Shown here: piece after piece, positions 29,500 through 43,774 of the stretch | Layout of the letters: every line of letters starts with the position of its first letter | Numbering within the stretch: the stretch's first letter is position 1 | Source of the DNA: Octopus sinensis | Taxonomy: Eukaryota | Assembly (NCBI RefSeq): GCF_006345805.1 | Contig: NC_043005.1 | Span: 64,232,001-64,296,000, forward strand | Length of the DNA: 64,000 bases | Reading direction: 5' to 3' | Notes under the pieces: model-generated | Told to the model about the DNA's origin: nothing | Databases searched by the model: none | The model's input: only the letters and a program-made list of their open reading frames with translations | Position numbers and translations under genes: made by a program

Positions 29500-30110
29500 T
29501 GTCATTGTCTTCTTCCCCTGTCGTTTTCTATGTCATCCATTTTCCAATTCCTTTTTTCTCTCCTTCAACGTTTTCTATCTGCCTCCCTCTCTCTCGCTTT
29601 CTCCTTTACTCTCTTTCAGGCTGCTTACACGTGACCATCGTCCATCTTTCTTTTCCTCACATGATCATCTTCCTTTTCTTTCAGGGCTGTCCTAAAGACT
29701 AGATGTATCTTATATCTCTCTTTTCTATCTTTTCTCTTGTCATAGAAAATACTTCTCCAGCGTTTGCTATTTTACCCTCGTGTTGGTCTAACAACACTCC
29801 ATTTTGTTTTCGTTCGGTTTCCTTGTATGCCTCCACTGTCCTGATTTTCTTCCCAAATTTGACCCTCCATAAATCACAAATTTTATTGTGGTGCTTATAG
29901 GAGCAACTGTCTTCGACACATATTGTCGTCCAATGCTCGAAATGAGGAGCAGATAGACAGCCGACAACTGATGATGGGTCGTTCTTTATGTTACTCGTCC
30001 TGTTTTCCATTTGTTTCTCTCGTTGTTTGTGCATTGAACTCATTTGTTTTCGCATTTCATGTTGTTTACTGTTGGTGACGTCCTGTACCCATATATGCAT
30101 ATATATATTA
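29500..30110 (+). mobile_element. Unclassified interspersed repeat, related to 43775-44520
   Basis: Shared segments gttttcgttcggtttccttg, gagcaactgtc, ctcgaaatgag, gacaactgatga, cgcatttcat. Confidence 0.7.
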
Positions 30111-30529
30111 ACGTTTGTGTGTCTATATGTGTGTGTGTGATGAATGAACAACCATAGGAAGTGAAACAACGAGAGGGACAAATTTTACCAGAAGTGTTAT
30201 TAGATTAACTCTTGAAAGGAAAGGAAAAGGATGTTTAAGGTTTCGAGTGCAATCCCTTCATGAGAATTAAGAAAAAAGGGAGGAGAGGTGGGGGAGAGGA
30301 GAAAATATTTAGGCGACCGGGTGAGAATGTAGTTCTAATAGGTCGGATGTTGTGCTCATGTATAAAAGAGTACCTTGGAGGTAGATGGGCTTAAGTAGAA
30401 GAATGTGATGTGTGGGTGGTTATCCCATGCATGCACACACACATACATAAACACACATTTATATACATACGCACACACTCATTCATACACATATAACGAT
30501 GCATGTTCATATATTTAAAAGCATGAAAA

Positions 30530-30693
30530 TCTTTATATATAAAAGTGAAGTTGTGTGTGTCTCCTACGATTTACCATCATTTTTTCCCATTTTTAATGCA
30601 TTTTTTGCTATTATATAAGGGAAGTAACTCTCTAAAAATGCTTATATAGTTATTTCCCTTACAAACCCGAGCAACGCTGGGCGATACTGCTAG
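30530..30693 (+). mobile_element. Minimal non-autonomous Helitron (164 bp)
   Basis: A|TC start, CTAG|T end, subterminal hairpin cccgagcaacgctggg; ends shared with 44537-45049. Confidence 0.85.
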
Positions 30694-30764
30694 TTGTAAA
30701 TAAAATATAATTGAGTGTTTGTTTGATTTTGTATGGCGTATAAATGTATGGCGTATATATGTTA

Positions 30765-30955
30765 GGAAGCCGGGCGAGATGCTTAGCAGCATTTCTTCTG
30801 TCTTAATGTTCTGGGCCCAAATTCCACTGAGATTGATTTTGCCTTTTATCCTTTCAAGGTCAATAAAATTAGTATCGGTTGAGCACTGGGATTGATGTAA
30901 TCAACCTAACTCTCTCCCAAAATTACTAAATTTGTACCAAAATTTGAAACCAATG
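30765..30955 (+). mobile_element. Degenerate SINE family A monomer
   Basis: gccgggcgagatgcttagc, ttttgccttttatcctttc. Confidence 0.7.
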
Positions 30956-31787
30956 TTATGCAATATACATGCATACAAACTTATTAATATTTGTGAATTT
31001 GTGGGAGCATAGTTATGCAGTGTGCACTTCTTATTTGACTAAGTTTATCAATACTTCTATTTAATATACCATAATGTATGAGCGTCACTGTATCACATTT
31101 ACTTTAATTCCACTTTCTCAAGTATTTTCGAATAACTGCTAATTTCCCACTCTTTCCACCCTTCGCTTTTAACCGAACATTTTAAACTGATTTTCAACCT
31201 TCTACCTACTCCATGATTAAATAGTTGTTGTTTTGTTTTTTTTAAATCTAATTAATTTTGCCATAAAACATGGATTTACACTTAATGTAAACATTAACAT
31301 GTTTGCTCATAAATTTAAACTACGAACCTTGACCAAATACTTTCCCGTTAATTCCTGTAATTTTCTGTTCCAAATGAATAATTTCATTAAATAAAGGCAA
31401 ACTTGATTTTAGAAGAATTCATTTCTTACCAAGAGGCTTGTCGGATGAAAGCAACTCAACACTCAATCAATAGCTTTGAAAGTTGTTTTATTGCATTAAG
31501 ATTTCGTCGGTCAATCTGATATTTACTAGGAATATTTCTGAAAATACTTCCGGCGCCAGTCTCTCGCCTTTTCTCCAATATACATAGCGTTAACGTCGTT
31601 ATATAACCGCTTTTCAACCAACTCAAAATTGCTGACTCTGTTTTCTTTACATTTATCCCCTTTAAGAGAAGCGCATACAGATATGTGTTGCGCTTTCACA
31701 CACACACACAAATATATTCGTACACGTATACACGCGTTCAGATGTATTTGTACGCGTTTGCGTGTGTATGCGCGTGCATGCATGCGT

Positions 31788-31833
<46 letters not shown>

Positions 31834-31994
31834 AAGCGGTTCTTGCAATGAAAGCTGCTTGTGACAGTCCTTTCCTGTTTGAATCAAGTCACTTCCATCT
31901 TTTTCATGTATAGATAAACACACGCGCATGCACACACACACGAGACGTCCACGCACGCACATACACGTACACACAGGCACACGCGCGCACACAC

Positions 31995-32050
<56 letters not shown>

Positions 32051-32155
32051 CACACATACATATATACAGATATATACATATATCCGTTCATTGTTGATTG
32101 TCGGAAGAAAAAGAACTTGATATCAGAGTCGGGATAAATAAGATATTTTGGTTGA

Positions 32156-32553
32156 AAGGCAGCGAACTGGCAGAATCGTTAGCACGCGGGGCGAAATGCT
32201 TAGCGGTATTTCGTCTGCCGTTACGTTCTGAGTTCAAATTCCGCCGAGGTCGATTTTGCCTTTCATCCTCTCGGGGTCGATTAAATAAGCACCAGTTTCG
32301 CACTGGGGTCGATATAATCGACTTAATCAGTTTCTCTGTCCTTGTTTGTCCTCTCTGTGTTTAGCCCCTTGTGGGTAGTAAAGAAATAGGTATTTCGTCT
32401 GTCTTTACGTTCTGAGTTCAAATTCTGCCAAGGCCAACTTTGCCTTTCATCCTTTCGGGGTCGCTAAATTAAGTACCAGTTGCGTACTGGGGTCGATCTA
32501 ATTGACTGGCTCCTCCCCAAAAATTTTGAGCCTTGTGCCTATAGTAGAAAAGA
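32156..32553 (+). mobile_element. SINE family A dimer (long unit plus short-tail unit)
   Basis: Head ggcagcgaactggcagaatcgttagc; second unit from ~32389; flanks share tttggttga. Confidence 0.9.
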
Positions 32554-32903
32554 ATATAATTTGGTTGAGTAAGACTTGTGTGTTTCGCTTGTGCGTACTC
32601 AGAGCCATTCGTTTCACTAAGAGAGTAAAAATGTATGTATGTATGTATGTATGTACGTACGTATGTATGCAAGTACGTAGGTAAGTACGTAGGTAAGTAC
32701 GTAGGTAAGTATGTATGTACGTAAGTAGGTATCTATGTATGTATGTATGTATATATGTATGTATGTATGTACGTATGCATGTATGTATGTACGTACGCAG
32801 GCATGTATGTATGTATGTACGTATGCATGTATCTACGTACGTATGTATGTATGTATGCATGCATGCATGTATATATGCCTATATGTCTGTTTGTGTAGCC
32901 TTT

Positions 32904-33320
32904 TTCTCTTTTGGGTGGCTTTAGCCATGAGATTGCGGCCATGCTGGGACACCGACTTAAGGGAAGTTGAGCGGATTAAAACTACCTCAGTACTTATTCT
33001 TTATGTTTGGGACTCATTCTATCGGATCCTCTTTGCTGAACTGCTAGATAACTGAAACGTAAAGAAACCAACTCAGGTCGCCAAGCAACGAGAGTCAATC
33101 GCAAATATACACACACGCACGCACACGTCTCTCTCTCTCCCTCTCTCGCTCTAGGTATATATATACTCTTACGTATATATGTATGTGTACCTGATGGTGA
33201 CGAGTTTTCACACATTTTCCTTCTAACAATTTCGTTCACAAGTTATTGGTTAGCACAGCACTGCAGTGCAGGACACTTGCTCAAAATGTCTAGCAGTAGA
33301 ACTGAACCCAAATGCACTTG
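32904..33320 (-). mobile_element. Highly degenerate SINE family B
   Basis: tgcggccatgctgggacaccg, ctctttgctgaactgcta, gacacttgctcaa. Confidence 0.6.
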
Positions 33321-34233
33321 GTAACCCATATTCCATCAGCCTTCCATTTCTAGACATACTACTACACATCTAACAGTAAAAGTCTCCAAGTTATTCTCTC
33401 CCTACTACGAGGTACAGGTCTGGAATTGATTTGTGGTTTGGGGATGTATATCCATAATGATCTGATATTGTTAAAGGTTCCCCACCTTCTGTGCATATTG
33501 TGTCATACAAGTGACAATTTACGCGAGACCAACATTATCGCGAATGTCTTTCACTGTGACCTCCGTATTCCCTGTCTATATATTGTTAGACTAACCTATG
33601 AGCAGATGTGTAATACGCTACTTCAGCGTACCTCCCCACACTCGGTGTTAAATATGAAACATATGTTCTTCAAACGATAAACAGTTATCTTTAATTGTTA
33701 TTCTAAGAAAACAACGAAGCAAAGAAAGCCACATAGGTTTGAAAATGCATAAGTACTTCCTCCTGTTTCATACTTGTGTAATGATTTCAGGCAAAGATAT
33801 GCTCGTTTTGCTTACATAATAATGCCAGATACTTGGCTTTTTTCAGCATGATATCTAAAAAGTTGGCCTTTAATTGTTAGCCTTTTAAAAGGATGAGAGT
33901 GGAGTTCGACTTTTGTTGGTAACATTTAAAATACTTGAAGTGTTTTCAAAACATGTCCTTGTGTGAGAGTGTTGTCGTTGATGCTGTTGTTGCTCTGGTT
34001 CGATGTATCACTACTCACTTAAGTTTTGTTTTGTTTAGAAATGCTATTATTACTTTTAATTTTGAAGTAAATATTTTGCTGTAAAGCATGTTCTTCATTT
34101 TCGGAGGGTTTTTTTCTTCTTCTTTTGCAAAAAAAAAATGAAATGCCATTGACGTTTAAGTTGATAAAATCGAGAACGTAAAAAGCGACATGAAAAATAC
34201 GTCTGAACAAGTCAACAGCCAATAATAATACTG

Positions 34234-34253
34234 ATGGTGATGATGGGGCTGCT

Positions 34254-34323
<70 letters not shown>

Positions 34324-34448
34324 ATGATGATGATGATGACGACGACGACGACGACGACGACGACGATGATGATGATGATGATGATGAAGATGATGAAGAT
34401 GATGACGACGACGACGACGACGATGACGACGAAGACGATGATGATGAC

Positions 34449-34481
<33 letters not shown>

Positions 34482-34592
34482 AATTAATGTTGTTGCTGTT
34501 GTTGTTGTTCCGCGAAGCAGAAACTATTGAATATGTTCCCTATTTCTGAAGAAGGTTTTGGGGTTTTTTGTTTGTTTGTTTCTTTCATTTTT

Positions 34593-34657
<65 letters not shown>
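34234..34657. repeat. (GAT)n/(GAC)n and (CT)n microsatellites
   Basis: Explains the poly-M/T and poly-SL ORFs. Confidence 0.95.
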
Positions 34658-34663
<6 letters not shown>

Positions 34664-35085
34664 CTCTCTCTCTCTCTTGCTATTATTTTATCATTCTCAG
34701 ATTAGAATCAACAATTCAACAAAGAATTTCTCAAACAATGACTTTGCTTTATATGTGAACATTTATAGTCTATCGTTTTTTTTTTATTATTTCCATGTGA
34801 TTCATTTGAGGAGCATCATTTGCGAAGCCATATTTTTGTATATCGGAACTACTTTAAAACTGTACACGTAAATTGTATTTTATGAGACATCATATCTTTA
34901 ATATAAAAGTGAGCAAATAGATAAATTGATAAGCTATTTTCTTTGATTCTAAATTTAGTTTGTCCTTTTTCTTCTTTCTGTCTCTTGTTTATTGTTGGAA
35001 TTGAAATAGTCTATTAAAAAACTGTTCAGTTTATAGAACAAACATGGAACGTATTTTGGATTTAGACTTTCAATATATTTAACAT

Positions 35086-35660
35086 GAAGGTGGCGAGCTG
35101 GCAGAAATGTTAGCACGCCGGGCGAAATGCGTAGCCGTATTTCGTTTGCCGTTACGTTCTGAGTTCAAATTCCACCAAGGTCGACTTTGCCTTTCATCCT
35201 TTCGGGGTCGATAAATTAAGAACCAGTAACGCACTGGGGTCAATGTAATCGACTTAATCCGTTTGTCTGTCCTTGTTTGTCCCCGCTGTGTTTAGCCCCT
35301 TGTGGGTAGTAAAGAAATAGGTATTTCGTCTGCCGTTACGTTCTGAGTTCAAATTCCGCCGAGGTCGACTTTGCCTTTCATCCTTTCAGGGTCGATTAAA
35401 TAAGTACCAGTTACGCACTGGAGTCGATATAATCGACTTAATCCGTTTGTCTGTCCTTGTTTGTCCCTTCTGTGTTTAGCCCTTTGTGCGTAGTAAAGAA
35501 ATAGATATTTCGTCTGTCTTTATGTTCTGAGTTCAAATTCCGCTGGCGTTGACGCTGCTTTTCATCCTTTCAGAGTCGATAAATTAAGTACAAGTTCCGT
35601 ATTAGGATCGATCTAATCGACTGGCACCTCCCAAAAAATTTTGGGCTTTGAGTAGAAAAG
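35086..35660 (+). mobile_element. SINE family A trimer with 14-bp TSD
   Basis: One head and three core units; TSD aatatatttaacat at 35072-35085 and 35661-35674. Confidence 0.92.
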
Positions 35661-36540
35661 AATATATTTAACATTCATGAATACTAAGTAGTCGAAAAAT
35701 ATAAAATAAGGGATTAGGTGCCGGTTTCGATGTATTTGAATATTTTGTCTCTGCGTTCCAATGTTGATAAAATACCAGTTATACATGAGGGACAGGGATC
35801 AGTTGATTATAACTCATTCCAACAAATATGTTTCTGATTTCTTAAAAGCAGGGATTTCGCAAAAATCATAATCTCTTAAATAAATATTTTTAAATTCATT
35901 TCCTATCCCCCTAAATTAATATATATGTATATGTTTTCATCCAAAATGGAAAGGAATACCATCTTTCCATGGGATAAGGTTGAATAATTGTAATGATATT
36001 AAGATATTTTCTTAACATGAAACCAATGGTAGACTTAATACACAAATAAAGAAATTTTATCCACCAATGTTCGACATGTGCGTGTGTGTGTGTATGTCTG
36101 TGTGTGTGTGTGTGTGTGTGTGTATGTCTCTCTCTGTGTGTGTGTGTGTGTGTGTGTATGTGTGTGTGTGTGTGTGTGTTGTGTGTGTGTTCGTGCGTGT
36201 GTTCGTGTGTGTGTAGTGTTTCCCAGATTCCTTCAAAATACCGTTGGTTATATGGCTCTTTGTTGTCCTGTATTATCACATTTACCAGACTTCACCACTA
36301 TACACAGATATTACTGCATCTGCTTGCTCACATAATGTCCGGTTTATTGCTTAATGCGAACCACACTTGAATACTGCTCTTACAGTGTCTCTGCTACGCA
36401 CATAGGCACATCGCAAGCAGCATTCAAAAAATGGTCACTAATCTGATTAGCTTGAAATCACCCACTAAAACACCATAGTCTCTACTCCAACAACGTTCAG
36501 TAATTGCATACTACACGTATATATATATTTATGTTTATAC

Positions 36541-36596
<56 letters not shown>

Positions 36597-37120
36597 TGGT
36601 GTGTTGGGTGTGTGTGTGTATAAAGCCCTCGATCGAATAACACCGTTTACAAGATTCTATGCTTGGAATGACCAATTATAAACACCATTGGAACTCACAC
36701 ACAAGCTATAGGAAACTTATATATACACCATTCTGCTTAAATAATGGAACTGCAAATACAATATCCTTACGTATCTCACGTCTGTTTTCATTCCTCCACT
36801 TCACTCTATATTTCATGTCTTCTCTAAAATAACTATTACTTAAACATTTTCTTGCATCGTCTCTGATAAAAGGATATTTAAAATATCCCGGGAACAGCTG
36901 TAAGACCTCTTTATAAATGTTCTGAAAACTATTCACAGCCTTGGATTTTTTTTATCTCATTCTGTTAATTTTCATATATATGCTTGCTAATACACGACCT
37001 ACGTTGGACACCTCTTTCATATCATTATCGAACCTGGAGCTTAACTATAGTCTTCAATAGCACTTGCTCAGCATTACCTGATACCTTTGGGTCTTCTTAA
37101 CACCAATACTTCTCATATCC

Positions 37121-37167
<47 letters not shown>

Positions 37168-37191
37168 CACACACACACACACATATATATA

Positions 37192-37240
<49 letters not shown>

Positions 37241-37662
37241 ATATATATAATAATCAGTATATGACGTAACTTATTAAACAAAGTTCATTAAATTCATTCA
37301 TATTTATGTAATGAAGGAGATTGGATGTTAAAATGGATTATAGTTTTTATTTTTCATATTGCTATACAATTGATTCATACAAATGGACTCAGATATTCAT
37401 GAATGAAAAATCTTAAAACTAAAAAGGCGTTCAAAGTACATAGGTTTTTTTTCTTGGAAATTTTATGGGATTTATAAATTCGCTTTTCCAGTCACGTTTA
37501 ATTGAATCTACACTAAAAATATAGGAAGCGGCTGCTAATATAAGCAATATTAAATCTGACATCCTCTCTATGAAATCCAATGTTATCTCTGTTTAAAACC
37601 TCCTTAATTTTTTTTTTACTGATGAAGCTATATTTGTATGTACGTTCTGAATTACCATACTA

Positions 37663-37876
37663 TTTACTCTTTTACTCTTTTACTTGTTTCAGTCATTTGA
37701 CTGCGGCCATGCTGGAGCACCACCTTTTAGTCGAGCAAATCGACCCCGGGACTTATTCTTTGTAAGCCCAGTACTTATTCTATCGGTCTCTTTTGCCGAA
37801 CCACTAAGTGACGGGGATGTAAACACACCAGCATCGGTTGTCAAGCAATGCTAGGGGGACAAACACAGACACACAA

Positions 37877-37907
<31 letters not shown>

Positions 37908-38081
37908 CATATATACGACGGGCTTCTTTTTCAGTTTCCGTCTACCAAATCCACTCACAAGGCATTGGTCGGCCCAGGGCTATAGCAGAAGACACTTGCC
38001 CAAGATGCCACGCAGTGGGACTGAACCCGGAACCATGTGGTTAGTTAGCAAGCTACTTACCACACAGCCACTCCTGCGCCT
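37663..38081 (-). mobile_element. Full-length SINE family B
   Basis: Very similar to 28511-28911; head aggcgcaggagtggctgtgtggtaag on - strand. Confidence 0.92.
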
Positions 38082-38353
38082 ATGTATATGTATATGTATA
38101 TGTTTTTCAAATTTATATTTAATTTTTACCATATGTATATGTTTTTCAAATTTATATTTAACTTTTACTTTACCTTCAATTCTCCTTCCGACTTAAGATT
38201 GTTAGTAAATTGGTGGTTAGTACTAGTATTTGGGAATAATTTCTAGTTTATAAAATTTTTTATTTTGTAATTTTGTAAATAATAGACAAAAACAGATATT
38301 ATAAAAATTCCAATTAAAGGATGAACATACATTCATCCGATAATATATATATA

Positions 38354-38403
<50 letters not shown>

Positions 38404-38722
38404 TATATATATAATATATATATATAAATGCAAATATGAATAAATGCAGCTCGATGTATACAGACGAAATCTGTATATATTCTTAATATATTCTTAATGC
38501 GCCTGATGTTAAAACACCTGAAAGTAAATCATTGGCAAGCGAGACAACTCACATTAGATCCCATTTCGGAGCGACAGACATCGGTGTTTTGACATTGCTG
38601 TGACTTTTCAATGCTGCGTACCGAACGAGGTCCGCTGCAACCCATATCGCCAACTATTACTATATGCTAAATGGTTTGAAAACCATCTGCTGGAATGTCA
38701 AAACGTTTCATGAGTCTTTGGA

Positions 38723-39064
38723 ATACGGCCATGCTGGGGCTCTACATTAAAATGTTTAGTTGGACAAATCGACATCAGTATTCATTTTAAAGCCTGGTAC
38801 TTATTCTATTAGTCTGTTTTGCTGAATCGCTATGATAAACAAACCAACACCGGCGGTCAAGGAATAGTGGAAACAAACGTACACACATAGGTAAGTGGAT
38901 TTGGTAGCTGGAAGCTGAAATAAACCCATCATATATAGAGAGACATGACGGGCTTCTTTCAGCTTCTATCTACCTAATCAACCCACAAGGCCTGAGACTA
39001 TAGTAGAAGACACTTGTGAAGATGCTGCGCGGTGGGACTGAACCAAAGACCAAATATTTGGGAA
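38723..39064 (-). mobile_element. Degenerate SINE family B
   Basis: cggccatgctgg, ggtacttattctat, gacgggcttctttcag, gtgggactgaacc. Confidence 0.7.
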
Positions 39065-39423
39065 GGTTCTTGCATTCAGGACATTACCTTTTAACGTAAT
39101 TATCCAAATGAATGGTATAGTAAAAAAAAGTTGAAAAGGACGTTTTATTAAACAAATGAGACACGTGTTATATTATGTGTGTATGGGTGAGTGGGTGTGT
39201 GAATGGGTGAGTGAGCGGTTGAGTGAGTGGATGTGTGAGTGGGTGAGTGAGTGGGTGAGTGAGTGAGTGACGGAGGGAGGGAGGGAGGGAGTGAGTGTTT
39301 GCATAGGTGATATACATATAGCATAGAAATTATTAGACAGTCGATGTTTATAATGGACTCATAGTTACACAGACAAACAGACAGACCTATAGACAGATAT
39401 GTAGATAGAGAGAGGGGGAGGGA

Positions 39424-39652
<229 letters not shown>

Positions 39653-40296
39653 AGAATATATTATGCAGAATAATGAAAATAACAATAGGAACAATTCTTA
39701 AACATGATGTTACGACAGTATAAAAGGTTAGTATTTGCATCAGAATATTGTCTGTGGAAAACAGCTTTAAGAATATATGTTTTTATAAACGGTGAATATG
39801 CCATTGTTATATAAGAATAAATATCTGTTTAGATAAGATAATGCATAATACAAGAACAAGGTAGAAACAGCTTCAATTCAACGTAAATAACAACTACAAT
39901 GAAGAGAATACACAAGACTAAATTGCATTAAATGAGATACAATAGGATATCAGCTCAGATATGTATATATACTTAAGCTGAGATATATAGATGTAATGTG
40001 TCGCATTGCATAGCCTCTTATGGTGCGTGTGCGTGACCAAGTACGTGTATAAATATGTGTGTGCGCGCGTTATGTGTGTGTGTGTAATATTGCTTGTGAG
40101 TGTCTGCGTATGCATATGCATAATTTGTTTTTCATCCAATGACTGCTTGCTTTTTAGGAGGGACAAATGCATGTGAGTGATTACATACATATATATTAAT
40201 ATATATATATGAAGATATATATATATATATATATGGATGTGTATACGTATGCACGTGTATGCATGAATGTGTATCTGGATGTGTATATATTTGTAA

Positions 40297-40331
<35 letters not shown>

Positions 40332-40416
40332 TCTGATCTTCACTTTGAGATATTTACCACTTCTTTACCAAGAAAAACCTGTAAGATGGGATGGGAGTTT
40401 AAAGGAAATTTACCAT

Positions 40417-40837
40417 AGGTGCAGGAGTAGCTGTGTGGTAAATACCTTGCTTACCAACCACATGGTTCCGGGTTCATTCACACTGTGTGGCACCTTGGGC
40501 AAGTGTCTTCTACTATAGCCTCGGGCCGACCAAAGCCTTGTGAGTGGATTTGGTAGACGGAAACTGAAAGAAGCCCGTCGTATAAATGTATACATACATA
40601 TGTATGTGTGTGTATATGTTTGTGTGTTTGTCTTTGTCCTCCCAACATCGCTTGACAACCGATGTTGGTGTGTTTACGTCCCTGTATCTTAGCGGTTCAG
40701 CAAAAGAGACTAATAGAATAAATACTAGGCTCACAAAGAATAAGTCCTGGGGGCGATTTGCTCAGCTAAAGGCGGTGCTCCAGCATGGCCGCAGTCAAAT
40801 GACTGAAACAAATAAAAGAGTAAAGAGTAAAAAGAGT
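40417..40837 (+). mobile_element. Full-length SINE family B
   Basis: aggtgcaggagtagctgtgtggtaa..ccgggttca; internal TA/TG tract; tail aaaagagtaaagagtaaaaagag. Confidence 0.92.
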
Positions 40838-40978
40838 ATAAAACGCACCATATGAAGGAACCAGCCTTAACATCTTAAATAGAGAAATTCGGAATCTGCC
40901 TTGATATCATATCCCTCCTCTTACTATATATATATATATAACAAAAGATGGGGTGTATTTCCAGGAAGGAAAAAGATA

Positions 40979-41822
40979 TAGGAAAATTTGTGGTTGAAAA
41001 TGCACCTGAATTTGAAAAATTTGTAATTGTTTTTAAATAAAATTATTTATTATTTATGTACATACCAGACTAGTTTCAACGATATCTTTTGTTTATCAAT
41101 GGTAAAAATTTAAAATAGCGAGGTAGAAAAATATGCTTGAAAGTTTCAATGTTTACAAGATTCAATAATATCAAATATGATTTAAAAGTTCTCAACATCC
41201 AATAAGATATAAAATGTTGATCATCTTGTTTAAATGCACAAAATTCAATAGTGTTAGAAGTGATCGATAAGAAATGTGGATCACCAAAGGTTTGGTCATA
41301 CTTAGTTAAGAGGGAGAAAAACAAGGGAGAAATGAAGATAGTACTTTAACAAATCAAAAATCAGATCCGTTCGTGGAAAAATATTATAAATACACTGGAT
41401 TCAAAAAATGCCGTTACGAGCGAAGATCTTTGCACACGACGGAAAAAAAATCTCAGAAACTGTAACAAAACCCTTTATTTTTTACTGTCTTCATTTCTCC
41501 CTTGTTTTTCTCTCTCTTGACTCAGTATGACCGAACCTTTGGTGATCCGCATTTCTTATTAAATATTGTGCATTTAAACAAGATGATACGCATTTTTTAC
41601 TTTATTGAATGTTGTGAACATTTAAATAATATGTGATATTAAATATTGTAAACATTGAATTTTTTAAAGATGTTTTTCTGCCTCGCTATTTTAAATTTAT
41701 ACCATTGATAAACAAAAAATATTGTTGAAACTAGTTTGGTATGTATGTAAATAAATTTATTTAAAAACTATTACATGTTTTCAAATTCAGGTGCATTTCA
41801 TTTTCAACAACAAATTTTCTAT
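40979..41822. mobile_element. Foldback or large MITE-like element with ~350-bp imperfect inverted arms
   Basis: aaaatgcacctgaatttgaaaa pairs with ttttcaaattcaggtgcattt; atttaaaatagcgagg with cctcgctattttaaat; gagaaaaacaagggagaaatgaaga with tcttcatttctcccttgtttttctc. Confidence 0.85.
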
Positions 41823-41859
41823 ATTGAATATATTATATATTATCTATATATATTATAGA

Positions 41860-41909
41860 TGATATATATATATATATATATATATATATGGTATATATAT
41901 ATATATATA

Positions 41910-41950
<41 letters not shown>

Positions 41951-42036
41951 TATATATTATATATATATATATATATATGTGTGTGTGGTGTGGTATATAT
42001 ATATATATATATGTATGTATTATATATATATGTATG

Positions 42037-42080
<44 letters not shown>

Positions 42081-42171
42081 TATATGTATATATATACAAA
42101 TATATATATATATGTATTATATATATGTATATGTATGTATGTATTATATATATATATATGTATATATACAC

Positions 42172-42217
<46 letters not shown>
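41860..42217. repeat. (TA)n-rich microsatellite
   Basis: Seen directly. Confidence 0.95.
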
Positions 42218-42918
42218 ACATAGGATGGATATTGTATAAACACGCACAGAGGTGTGTATTATGGAGTATGTATACTAAATATATAATCAAGAATTGTTAT
42301 ACGCATATGTGGATAAAATTTCATGATTTATGTATGTTTATATATTACGCGTATAAGTATGGCTCTGTGTATATGGAAGTACGGTAGTATTTTTCTATGT
42401 TTGTACATGTGTGTGTGCGTGCGCGTATGCGTTTGTGTATGTGCATTGCATGTGCTTGCACTTGCTGAAAGAAAATGTCTTCATAAAATATAAAAGTAGG
42501 ACCTGGTGACATTTTTATCTGCACATGATTCGACATGTATAAATACATTTACGAATTGCTCTTTGCTGTTAAGAAATAACGATGTATGAATGCCTACATG
42601 TATGCATGCTATCATCTTTCACCTTTGCTACATGTAAGCTATTATCTTTCACCATTGTTATCACCTTCATGATATTCATTATATTACCGACAAAACTCGA
42701 CGAAAAATGCCATAGAATTCAAACTCTTCGAGCTGTAAAAGCACCAAAACTGACCTTGTAGCCTGGTCTTCATAAGAGATGAGAAGATGTCCATATTATA
42801 TGTCCTTTATCCATTTCCGTTAATCGTTTGCATGTTCCATTTTAATTGTTCATAAATAAACATAAGCGTATGTTTTCATGTGTGAATATGTCAATCTGCA
42901 TTTGTGTATGTACGTGTA

Positions 42919-42950
<32 letters not shown>

Positions 42951-43055
42951 TGCGTGTGATGACATATACGTATGGAAGTCGTACAAATCATATCAAGCAA
43001 AAAACGTATGAATATACCTATTTACCTCTGGAACAGCTCCTATTTCTATGAAGTG

Positions 43056-43390
43056 GTGGTGGTGGTGGGTTTGCACCCAGAGACTTACCCTCTGAGGCAC
43101 AAGTCTGGGCAAGGTTGTTTTTTTTGGTTTTTTTTAAGGAAGACCAGCAGTCGCCCATGCATACCGGCCTCCCCTCTCCACGTCACCGATGTTATCCAAG
43201 GGAAAGGTAAAGGCCGATACAGCTTGGCACATGTGACGTCGCAACTCATTTCTACAGCTGAGTGAACTGGAGCAACGTGAAATAAAATGTCTTGCTCTAG
43301 AACACAACACGCAGCCCGGTCCGGGATTCGAGCTCATAAACCTCACGATCGTAAGCTCGACGCTCTAACCACTGAGCCACGCGCCTGCAC
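43056..43390 (-). mobile_element. SINE family C with (CCA)n tail and 11-bp TSD
   Basis: Head ggcgcgtggctcagtggttagagcg..cgaatccc on - strand; TSD tctatgaagtg at 43045-43055 and 43391-43401. Confidence 0.92.
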
Positions 43391-43708
43391 TCTATGAAGT
43401 GAACTCAAGATATATTTGGTCAGATAGCTTCCACGAACGATACAGTAGCAATGCACGATGCATCTTCGCAAGTAAAAAGCAGCTTTTCTTTGGTTAACAT
43501 TTTGAATGAATGAATGAAAAATTGTTTCCGCACGTGTTAATTTCTTTTTAAGGCAATAATATCTCCAGAGAACTTAACTACGTGTAAGAAAATCTTTCAT
43601 ACTATATTTAATATTAGATTTACATATATAAATAGTATTATACGTACTTTCAGATGGACGTGCTTTATACTGTACTCTACTATGTTCTTAACAGAATATA
43701 CCACGACG

Positions 43709-43764
<56 letters not shown>

Positions 43765-43774
43765 ACATATGCAT

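Noticed and set aside
36620-37110. 76-aa minus-strand ORF as a host exon
   Set aside because: No recognisable domain or convincing splice-site pair
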